A DNA stretch of 45,933 nt, filler included, from Catajapyx aquilonaris (lineage: Eukaryota), in NCBI GenBank assembly GCA_000934665.2. It is 2 parts of 2 records of this genome, joined end to end, with 100 filler letters (N's around TTAATTAATTAA, not from the genome) between each part and the next. Parts side by side here need not be neighbours in the genome. Positions count along the whole stretch, not along the records: positions 1 to 22,934 come from JYFJ02005797.1; 1 more part is not named here. One strand, written 5' to 3'. Each line of letters begins with the position of its first letter. The stretch's first letter is position 1. The position numbers and the translations under genes were made by a program. A model generated the notes under the pieces. The model had not been told where the DNA came from. It made no database searches and saw only the letters and a program-made list of their open reading frames with translations. Below, in pieces: positions 13,330-23,034 of this stretch.

Positions 13330-13664
13330 CTGAAAGCAATTCTACAAATAAGAGTGTGTTCCAAGTATTGGAATCCTTTTAGTTATCAGGAATTTCACCC
13401 AAAGCCCTTATTTTTGTGTAGCTTGTTGCACCTCAATCAAGGTTTCCAATGATATAGCTGCTGATGTATTTGACCACACCTGGGAATAATTTGGCACCTT
13501 GGTCAGGGAGTGAAAAGCTACGCAAAATTAACAACTTCAGGCAAAATTTGCAATAACTAAAAGGACCCCAATAGTTGCAACACTGCATATATTATCACAG
13601 AATTCTCAATCCAATAAAAAGATTAAGGTTTTATTAAGTAATTTGCTACAACAGCTGCAATATA

Positions 13665-14040
13665 CGTTGTGTGTCTAAAAAGTTTGACGAACGCTACAAT
13701 AAAAGCAACAAAACAGAATGTACATAGGAATTACCTTGATTGGCATTCAGAGTGCTCCACATCAGACACAACACACTTTTGAAAATATTTGTCAAGCTTC
13801 TGAAAACATTAGAAAAATATATTTTGGGAACCCCCTCCAGATCTGTTGTCACACTGGCATGGAAGATCTGGAGAGGGTTCCAAATATAAATTTGTCTCTT
13901 TTCAAAAGCTTTACGAACATTGTCAAAAGTGTGTTGTGTCTGATGGAGAGTACTTTGAAGACCAATACAGGTAATTCCTATGTACCTTCTGTTTTGTTGC
14001 CTTTATTGTAGCATTCACCAAACTTCTCAGACGCACCACA
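13665..14040. mobile_element. Palindromic MITE built from two mariner 3' ends
   Basis: ~180-bp inverted arms around a ~19-bp loop. The right arm translates to FQKLYEHCQKCVVSDGEYFEDQ, resembling the mariner transposase C-terminus. Confidence 0.8.
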
Positions 14041-14119
14041 AGCAGTGGCCTGATGTGGAGACGAGAGAGGGGACATGTTGCTCACCATTTGTTTACATTT
14101 TTATATGCATATTTACATG

Positions 14120-14773
14120 GAGTGCGTTTACTTGGGACTAAAAATCGGCCTGGCCCAGGCGCCCTAAGCAAGGCCTGTCTGTGCAAAGCTTGCTCCCCCT
14201 TTTGCCACAGCTACATGGGAGTGACTCCCTTGCTGGAAAGGTAGCTCACTCAGAAGCAAGACTTCCCTCCCGGGGTGTCCCCTCAGCCTATCAGCGCCAT
14301 CACATTATGCAGACCACCCAACCCAAAAGGCTTCGGCTGAGCCAGCCCCTTGACACATCCAGCCTAGCCCTGTGTTAACAGTTGTGTAATATTAAGTCTC
14401 CGCCATGCGGAGAATTTGGCTCTGGCGCGTCCCCACAGCCATCTATTTGGGGGGTCAGTTTGAATTGGCCTTCTTCGGAACCAACCAAAACTGTCCTTAC
14501 CTCGGAGGGAGTTTGCAGACTAGGATTTGGGTGGCTGGCAGAGGTAGATAGCTGTGGGGGCGGGTAAGCGCCAAATTCCCCACATGGCAGAGACTTTTAT
14601 ATTAAACTACCGTATCGTATGTATCAGGGGGCTGGGCTGAGACCAATGCCAGCTCTGACCGGCTCAGCTAAAGCCAGTCCAATGTAGGCCCAGCGGCTAC
14701 ATGGGAGTAAACTGGTTCACCTAGCACAGGTGGCCGTAACCAGGACGATTCTTAGTCCCATGTAGACAAACTC
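14120..14773. mobile_element. PIF/Harbinger-like MITE (3-bp TSD ATG) with an internal inverted-repeat element at ~14387-14603
   Basis: gagtgcgtttacttgggactaaaaatcggcctgg pairs with ccaggacgattcttagtcccatgtagacaaactc. Inner pair is aagtctccgccatgcggagaatttggc / gccaaattccccacatggcagagactt. Confidence 0.65.
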
Positions 14774-14910
14774 ATGGATGTATGTGTAGAGTGTGTTTGT
14801 TCTTGTCATTATATTCCTTATCATCAAACTCATCATAGCCTATGTGTGTACCTGACCAGTCACCAAAGGTTTGTGATGTCTAGTCAAAAGAGATGGCAAG
14901 GTGTCGTGTA

Positions 14911-16415
14911 CAGTGCTGGACACAATAGCATATAACAAGTGTAAACAACGACTTTGGCGTTACCTGGCAACTGGTCGTGTTCGGACATCGTCATGTGGAG
15001 AGTGCTTAGCGTTCTTTCTGTCGTTGCCACTGTTTACAGGTAGCGATTGATGCTGGGACGAAGGGTGTGTGCATGCTTACCAATGCATGGCATCGGAATA
15101 AGCGGGCTGAGGGGGATATTATTTTGAGAAGGCGATTCGTTATTATCACACTATTGTCACTTTCCAGTATTAGTCAGGATGCATGGAGTTACTGAATGAT
15201 CGGGAAGGAGTCCGGTACATGCTCTTGTCTGCCAATTTAATGTAAGGTCCACATTGAATGTCATCCACTCCCAATCAAGTCCAGTGTAACGGATGAAAGG
15301 GGAGTAGTGGGTGGGTGAGAGTGTGTGAAAGAGGGTGGGTTGGTTGGGTAAGAGGCACATTTTCGTTCTGAATTACTGTCAGAGTCGTTTAGCCGTTTCA
15401 TAAGAAACGTTTCCAGGGCACTCCACGGAGTATGTGGCCGTCCTGGAGGAGTGTATGCTGCCATCAGTTCGGACCCTCTACCCCGAGGAGGACATGCCCA
15501 CAATACACCTCGTTCAGGACAACAGCTCCGTCCACACCTCACGAGAGACAACCGCCTGGCTGGACAAGCACACAGAAATCGACCGCATACCCTGGCCTGC
15601 GAAGTCACCGGACCTCAACTGCATTGAAAACATCTGGGGCCTGATGGTGCGGCAGTGGAGGCCGGGACAGGAGAGGTCCAGGGAGGCTTTGCGACGACAT
15701 GTCCACCAGGTTTGGGAGTCTCTCAGGAGGCGCCCAGAAGTCTACCAGAACATCGTGGCAAGTGTGCCGCGGCGACTGGATGCGGTCATCAGCGGCGGGG
15801 GTCATCCGACCCGCTACTGAAGATGACCGAGATGACGCACCTCTCTTCACACTATTTTCGGGTTGGACCCACCAGGGGCTTGAACAGAGTCGCCTCCACG
15901 TGGTGTGCCCTGGAAACGTTTCTTATGAAACGGCTAAACGACTCTGACAGTAATTCAGAACGAAAATGTGCCTCTTACCCAACCAACCCACCCTCTTTCA
16001 CACACTCTCACCCACCCACTACTCCCCTTTCATCCGTTACACTGGACTTGATTGGGAGTGGATGACATTCAATGTGGACCTTACATTAAATTGGCAGACA
16101 AGGGCATGTACCGGACTCCTTCCCGATCATTCAGTAACTCCATGCATCCTGACTAATACTGGAAAGTGACAATAGTGTGATAATAACGAATCACCTTCTC
16201 AAAATAATATCCCCCTCAGCGCGCTTATTCCGATGCCATGCATTGGTAAGCATGCACACACCCTTCGTCCCAGCATCAATCGCTACCTGTAAACAGTGGC
16301 AACGACAGAAAGAACGCTAAGCACTCTCCACATGACGATGTCCGAACACGACCAGTTGCCAGGTAACGCCAAAGTCGTTGTTTACACTTGTTATATGCTA
16401 TTGTGTCCAGCACTG
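14911..16415 (+). mobile_element. Internally deleted Tc1-like element with ~517-bp near-identical TIRs and TA TSD
   Basis: TA|cagtgctggacacaatagc...gctattgtgtccagcactg|TA. Arms ~14911-15427 and ~15899-16415 differ at only a few positions. The centre is a transposase fragment. Confidence 0.95.
15431..15820 (+). pseudogene. C-terminal fragment of a Tc1-family transposase (second D to E spacing = 35)
   Basis: HLVQDNSSVHTS...WPAKSPDLNCIENIWG...SVPRRLDAVISGGGHPTRY*. The DNA-binding domain and the first catalytic Asp are absent. Confidence 0.93.
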
Positions 16416-17932
16416 TACAGAAGGAGGCCGTGCTGGAGGCCCGAGCACATGGCTACGGTCAGGAGCAACACGGGGACGATGACGACGGAAGGTAGGGCCT
16501 GGCAAGGTGCTCCGTTGGGACGGGGCGTCCTCCTTCCACCTCCCCAACCAGGTCTATTACCACCACTCGGAATCTCCGGGGCTCCACCGCTGTTGCAGTT
16601 GTCTCCATCACAAAAGCACAGATTTGCTGGATTCATCAGCGTAGGAGGACTGGCAGGAATCAGCTGGCAATTCCTCAACATGTCGTCCACCTCTGACGCT
16701 GGCGCATACGCGCAAGTGAAGACAGAGTAACCCGAGTTGTCTGGGGAGAAAGAATAAACCATTATGAACATATCCGTTTTTACGTATGGGGAAATAAATC
16801 GGGGCACTTATTGCCCATAAAATCGCGGCGAGTTCGCCCTCATTGTGGTGCACTGGCAGAATAACACACCAAATCATTCGTACATAAGGCGTATTCGGCA
16901 ATTCAGGAATCTGACTTCCTGGGCTGTTTGGATGTTCGGCAAATCAGGTGCCACGCCCCCCTGAAGTAAGTGCGCATGCGCCCTACCTGACTTCCCAAGC
17001 TCAGGAACTTAGTGTACTCCTGACCTGACTTACTTGCTGAGAAACAATTAACAAACAAATTATTGTTATGGATGCAGCAGTGTTGCCAATGCAAAATGCC
17101 CAAAAACCCCGCGAGAGGACCTGAAAATACCCGATTTTACCCGCATTTTCATTTTACCCGCACCATTACCCGCAAGCGTCCGAAATACGGCACCGAAATA
17201 CCCGAACATTGGCATATCACTGGGATGCAGCACAGGCGGGTAGGGGGGTCTCTCAGTTCGGCCGTTCGGCAATAATCTTCTGAGGGGCAGGGCTAACAAC
17301 TCAGATATCACGTGACGCATCTCAGAATAATCTGAATTGCCGAATACGCCTATAATGTACGGAAAATGAGCGAACGATCTGACGACTTCACCATGGAAAT
17401 ACCATCACAGGACAATATTGGAGTAAACAGTGTCAACAAAAGGCAACAATGGAAGAAACTATGACGTCAGATCGTTCTCTCGTTTTCCGTATGCATTAGT
17501 TCGCCAAACAAAATTATATAGTCTTTTATTGCAGGCACTACTTTACCTGGGCCGGATTGGGACACGCAGTACCAATTACAATCCGTATAGTCACATTGGG
17601 GAAGGATGGCTGCTTCCTTCTTTGTCAACTCCATGCAATCCACTCCGGATCCACTCTTTTCCCATGTGCGCCCTTACAAGCCGGACCAACAGCGTCTCCA
17701 TTTCCCGCACTGCATATACGAAAGTAGCACTCACGACCGGTGGCTGCAGACAATAGGGATCGTTGTTGAGTGTTATCACATAAGCACGGAACCAGTGTGC
17801 ATAATAATAATAATATGGCTCACCCGGCGTGGCCATCAGTATGGCGACGAGGACGAGGACGATGAAGAGGCTGCTGCCGCCTCCACCAACCCAGCAAGCA
17901 GCAGCTGGCCCGCCGCTGGTGCTGGAAGCCAT
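16416..17932 (-). pseudogene. Ly6/uPAR three-finger (quiver/sleepless-like) GPI-anchored protein gene, frameshifted
   Basis: Exon 1 17932-17824 encodes a signal-like peptide (MASSTSGG..LFIVLVLVAILMATP). Exon 2 17743-17547 encodes ATGRECYFRIC...CDYTDCNWYC. Exon 3 16740-16416 encodes FTC...LCFCDGDNCNS plus a hydrophobic tail. Phase-1 GT-AG introns. An 11-bp insertion in exon 2 breaks the frame and the last codon is hit by the Tc1 element. Confidence 0.75.
16887..17351. mobile_element. PIF/Harbinger-like MITE in intron 2 of the Ly6-like gene
   Basis: Perfect 20-bp TIRs aggcgtattcggcaattcag / ctgaattgccgaatacgcct with 3-bp TSD ATA. The paralogous intron near 21600 lacks it. Confidence 0.85.
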
Positions 17933-18299
17933 CCTGGCCACTGATGAGCCCCGCTCTTTTGGAGTAGCTAGATTAAACAACCGGTTTGTCCGCAAAACTG
18001 AATCGAACTGATGAGCAGTGTGCCATGCCATAATAATCAACATCAACAAATAATAAATGTTGCATGGTTATACCATGTCTCCATAGCACCTCCAGCATAG
18101 TAGGCTAATGCAATGCACGAGTATTGTTGATTAAACTTATTAATGACGTTCCAAAGATTATAGTTACGTCTTTCACTAACTCCCTGTTCCCAAAACAAAA
18201 ATATTGATAGAGTTATAAACACCATAAAGAAGGAGCACAGAAAAAGACGCATTTTACACCTGGTCACCAGGGTGATGTTACAACAAATAAAAGTCAACA

Positions 18300-18880
18300 A
18301 TGTGCTTGTTTTTGATGTGCCACCCAGAGTATGTTTGCATGGCAATAAAAATAAGGAGAGCGACGTCAAGCGACGTGTTAAGAAATGTCAAAGGAAAGGA
18401 CAATTTGCTCGTGTCAGCCGCGATAGAAATCAAATTCACCAAGTTGAGGAGACACCGACTTCTTAGGTGCAGTTGCAGACTCTGCACATGATTGCACGGA
18501 TTGGCACGTGGCACTTCGAGTCCACAAGTCACTTCTTGTCCGTTTCAAGATTGACACTGATGGGGCCGACGAAGCCATCACGGTTCTATACCAGAGAGTT
18601 GCTACAGGGAGCATTTCAAAAATCTTCCGCTTCTTGCTATATACGTGGAAACATCTTTGCGGACCTGACCGTCGAGGAACACTTCCAATCCCGGATGTAC
18701 AGACTTTTCTCCTAGGCATTCCAGGAGTACGTGGTATGCCACTTAGACGATGTCCTGGTTTGGGGGACGTCACACAGGATGATCACAAAGTTGCGACAGG
18801 TGCTTAACCGTTTTCGTGAAGAATAAGGGTTGCCGTTAAATAAGGACGAGTGTCTTTTCAACGCCAATAGCTGGCGGCTG
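18300..18880 (+). mobile_element. Degenerate Ty3/Gypsy retrotransposon fragment (gag knuckle, protease, RT remnants)
   Basis: Across frameshifts: KKCQRKGQFARV (decayed zinc knuckle), VRFKIDTDGAD (DTGA protease motif), LLGIPGV..CHLDDVLVWG (RT YxDD-like motif) and KLRQVLNRFREE*GLPLNKDECLF. Confidence 0.8.
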
Positions 18881-19188
18881 ATTCTAATAACAAAATCTGG
18901 AAAAAAATCGTCCTTGTTCACAGAGAGACTGTATACTTCGGGAATACTTTTCGTGCACGAGTACAATGATAATGAGTGATAGTATATATAGTGTTTCCAA
19001 GCCCTTCCCGGCGAAATATTCAAGGACAGCAGTTGGTATGTAATCAGATGAGATTGATTAACATTACTCGTGATAATCCCATGCGTAAGTTTAAATTATA
19101 TAAAAATATATTTTTAAGAACCTTTTTAAGAACACGCTTTATATTTCCAAGTGCATTAAAAAGTAGAAAATAATTTCTTCCTCAATCT

Positions 19189-20619
19189 TCAGCTTTCTCT
19201 TCCAGTCTTGCACTTTCCGGAGTCCAGTAACAGGTCAAAGGCACCTGAGAAGAATATTGTACGGTATATTAAATCATAGGCCTATGCTAGTTTCATAACA
19301 TACACATACTACACATGATGGTTTGAAATGGAGTTGCAAAAATATACACCTGTGCCCATTCTCGGCAGCTGTCCCAGCATGATAATGTTTTCAGATACTC
19401 CTCTCATTGTATCCTGCTCAGCATGGGCAGCTGTATCCATCAGGTCGTCAACTTTTTCTTCAAAGGAACACCTCATAAGAGGCCCATAAGTGTCCTGGCG
19501 ATTGCTGACCATCAAGTGACCCTTTGCAGTCATCACGTCACACAGCAAGGTCAAGTGACGATAGTTCACGTAAAGGCCATAGAAGTTAAGAACCACGTTA
19601 ATCTCCTTCTCAATTGACTTACGCACAGCCTCTATACCCAAAACCTGTATAGTGAGATAGGCATAATTAGTGGACTGTAACTATACAATTGCAGTACAAA
19701 TCACTTACGGTGAAAATTTCACAAATGTCATTGGAGTACGTCCTAACGGGATCGACGTCCCTATCGCTCAACACCTTCCTAAGGCTGGTCCCGTCTGTCT
19801 CCAGCAGCCATTCGGGTATGGCTTCGTACTCTCCTGCGTCAGTCACAATGATGCGTTGCTTTGAGTCCGTCTGGCCCAAGTGCATATATACCTTGCTGAT
19901 ACCCTCAATGCCCTGCACAAGATTTATCATTAGCCGACTATTCACTCTGATAAAATAAGTTTATGCTTAAAAATGTGAGAGCTGACCTGTAATGTCATGT
20001 CTGAGAGCAGGCTGGCTTCAATTCTGCTCAGGATCATGTACTCCTTCCTCTCATCCTGCTCTTCTTCATCCTGGAACTTACTCTCATCAGAGTTCATGAT
20101 TCGAATACGCAGAACAAGTTTTTCTGCATTGCAGTCATTGAAGATGCAGTTCAAATAGTCGCCAAACCCAGCGCTAATCTTCCCCGCAATCTGCTCCGTG
20201 GTTAATTTCTTGTCTGAAAATCGCGATAATGGATTGCCACTCCTAATATCCACCAATAACAAGGTACAAGAAGTTTTGAAAGAGCTCGTGCTATTGTGTA
20301 CACTAATTATTGCAACCTTCAACAATGCGTGACTTTTCACAATTTTGTCGATTTATCACTGATGATTGTAGTGATCAGCAAAGAGAGCTATCATTGTCTC
20401 TCTGGAATAAAATTGACAGGTGTCGGTAAATACTGTAGCAAGAGGACACTACTAACCTGTCATGCTCTTTCTGTCCAGTTCTATGCGAAGTAGCCATGGA
20501 GAGATGCAAGTTGGATCAAAGTGATGGTTCTCATAGTAGACATTCACAAACTCCTGGTCCTCTGGCACCACTGTGTTTTGTGGGTCAGGGTCATAGTGTA
20601 TAGCAGTCTTTGCAGCAAC
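19189..20619 (-). other. RPB1: Partial, divergent duplicate of RNA polymerase II largest subunit (jaw to region H only; 5 exons, 314 open codons, no CTD); pseudogene or neogene
   Basis: Exons 20619-20457, 20213-19987, 19912-19709, 19644-19350 and 19244-19189 total 945 nt and splice in frame. Peptides: [111 protein letters not shown]. Confidence 0.92.
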
Positions 20620-21209
20620 CTAAATAAGAAACGCAAAACTCATAATGTTCATAATCAAACGATTTTCGTAAAAGCTGATCTGCTCCTGATATGACCACGT
20701 CAAGGGCAGCATGGCCACATTAAGTACCGGTATTATATTTTTATTTGTCTCAATTGCGAACAGTAATTTGTTTTAACAATCTCAATTTTGTCTTGTGCTC
20801 TTCTCTTGAATCATTTCAAATGTTGTTTTTTTTGAAAGAAATTGTAATGGCAATTTTGCAAACAGCTTAATTTTTAATTACATATTCATTGAATTTAATG
20901 ACATATTCATTGACCTGATTTTCCCCAACATATCGTATTCCTTCAATAACTTTCATCGCATGAAAAGAATAATACAAGCGCTGTCCCATGACGCTGAAAA
21001 TAATGATTTATTTGGATAATTATGCAAGTTTTAGCTTTTAACCAACACCTACAGGTGTATATAGCATGTTTGTTATAATAGGATTTATGATGTGGTATAC
21101 ATCATCAAGTTTTAGCGAGAGGTCACTTTCAAAACATTTTGTGGTTGATGGTTCCACTAGCTGTAGACTAGAGGAACCGGGCATTTCCTCAGACGCAGCA
21201 CTGCACTAG

Positions 21210-21472
21210 CTAGTACAGAAGGAGGCCGTGCTGGAGGCCCAAGCAGGTCAGGATGAGCACGGGGACGACGAAGGTGCTCCGTTGGGGGGAAGAGGTGGCC
21301 CGACCAGCGCCAGGACCATCAGTGGGACGTTCCGGGGCGTAACCGCTGTTGCAAGATTCTTCATCGCAAGCGCATAAATTTCGGGCCATGTCTGGGGCAG
21401 GAAGCACAGCGCAATACTTGAATGCGTTGTACACATTCCGTGGCGCATTCATGCAAGTGAACGCAGCCCCAC
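21210..21472 (-). pseudogene. Terminal exon of a second Ly6/quiver-like paralog; upstream exons not found
   Basis: Acceptor tttctccctatag, then GAAFTCMNAP..YCAVLPAP..NLCACDEESCNSG..VVPVLILTCLGLQHGLLLY*. The GLQHGLLLY end is identical to the 16416 copy. Intron similarity extends to ~21760, and a minus-strand AATAAA lies near 21010. Confidence 0.7.
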
Positions 21473-22605
21473 CTATAGGGAGAAAGAAACCATTATAAAC
21501 AGAGTCGTTTTTACTCACGGGCAAACTGGGAGCACTTGCCAAAAGCGGCAAATTTTGGGGGGTCTCGTGGTATATAGTGGAGCATGCCCTCACACCCTGT
21601 ACCACAGTGTGGAAAACGAAACAACGACGGTCCCACGTCATCATTTTGTTCTCGTGCAACAATATAGGAGTAAGCAATATGTTCTTTTTGTTGACAATGT
21701 TTACTAGTGTTGTCGTGTGACGATGGCGTCAGATCGCCGTTTCGTTTTCCGCAGTTTAGTCCCCCTTGGGCCAAAGAAGCAACACCATAAAATCGAACAC
21801 CAACAGGCAGAACAATGCCTTCGCATTGCCAACTGAATGTTTGAAAAGGATCTCCATGTGCGGCGACCCCAATGTTTCGAACAACTGTTCGCCCCAAGGT
21901 TCGCCCTCATTGGCAAACCCAAAGAGTTTTCTGCTGTAATAGAGAGACAGACCACTCGGGGGGAAAATAATGCGAGGCAGGCAGCAATATGACCCAAGTA
22001 AATAAAGAAGGCGGACGCCTGATTGTTATCCCAGTTGTCATTATTGGTTGTTGTCCCAGTTGCAGCTGTCGGAACAACAATATAAAATGACCCAAGATGC
22101 CTCAGCCTGCGGCTAATGGAAAAGGATAGGGAGCGGTCTCTCTACTACTAGCATCAAGAGCTCTTGCTAGCATGGATGCATGGCGTACTTTGCTCGGGTT
22201 ATGAAATACTTTTCCATTAGGAGTAACTCATTGATTTGGTAGTTATACCTTTGCAATAATTATGGCTATTCAATGTTGGCATACCTGTAACATGGAGCAT
22301 ATTGCTGAAGTCCAAACAACACACTGCGGATGTCAGGTTGTAAGAAAATACACAATACACCTTAAAAATCCAGCAAAAGTATGTAATGAAAAATTGAAGG
22401 TTGTGCAGTAAATGTAGAATAGAATTGAAAGACCGGCATCTCTCTCAGTCATTCCCCAACCCCAAAATGGCCAATCTGGCCAGGGTGACTGTGCCAGCTG
22501 GCAGTTGTGGGGTCACTGGAGAACTCAAGGCCCACCACCACGTCAAGGTGGAGATACCATCGATTAGTCATTTGGATTTTTAAAAAAATGAGTGTCAATG
22601 AAGTG

Positions 22606-22934
22606 CAGGGGCGTACCTAGGGGGTGGCGAAATTGGCCCCCGCCAAGGGCGCAACCCGATGGGGGGCGCCGAAGGCGCCCCCTTCCGAAGAGGCGCCCCT
22701 TCCGAAGAGGCGCCCCCTTCCGAAGAGGCGCCCCCTTCCGAAGAGGCGCCCCCTTCCGAAGAGGCGCCCCCTTCCGAAGAGGCGCCCCCTTCCGAAGAGG
22801 CGCCCCCTTCCGAAGAGGCGCCCCCTTCCGAAGAGGCCCCCCTTCCGAAGAGGCGCCCCCTTCCGAAGATTCGGTACCAGCCCCCGGACACTCCCCATAT
22901 TATCAGCTCTTATCGCCTACCGGGGCGTATTTCG
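22606..22934. mobile_element. hAT-like element left end carrying an 18-bp GC-rich minisatellite; truncated by the gap
   Basis: Starts caggggcgtacc, like the caggggcgtaac end of the 3918 element, and shares gggcgccgaaggcgcc with it. Confidence 0.55.
22678..22869. repeat. Minisatellite (cccttccgaagaggcgcc)n, ~10-11 copies
   Basis: Direct head-to-tail 18-bp units without spacers. Confidence 0.95.
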
Positions 22935-23034
22935 NNNNNNNNNNNNNNNNNNNNNNNNNNNNNNNNNNNNNNNNNNNNTTAATTAATTAANNNNNNNNNN
23001 NNNNNNNNNNNNNNNNNNNNNNNNNNNNNNNNNN
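22935..23034. other. Artificial 100-bp assembly gap with a six-frame stop linker
   Basis: 44 N + TTAATTAATTAA + 44 N. Confidence 0.95.

Noticed and set aside
15157..15360. Identical 67-aa ORF duplicated at 15966-16169
   Set aside because: Lies inside the two TIRs of the Tc1 element and has no coding hallmarks.
21473..21677. 5' extension of the 155-aa ORF, or a 46-nt intron with a small upstream exon
   Set aside because: The paralog shows this region is intron 2 (acceptor at 16741/21473), and the ORF frames are not conserved between copies.
22592..22990. ORFs with FRRGAP/SEEAPP repeats; superficial CRISPR-like periodicity
   Set aside because: Pure 18-bp tandem repeat with no unique spacers, open in several frames on both strands, in a eukaryotic context.
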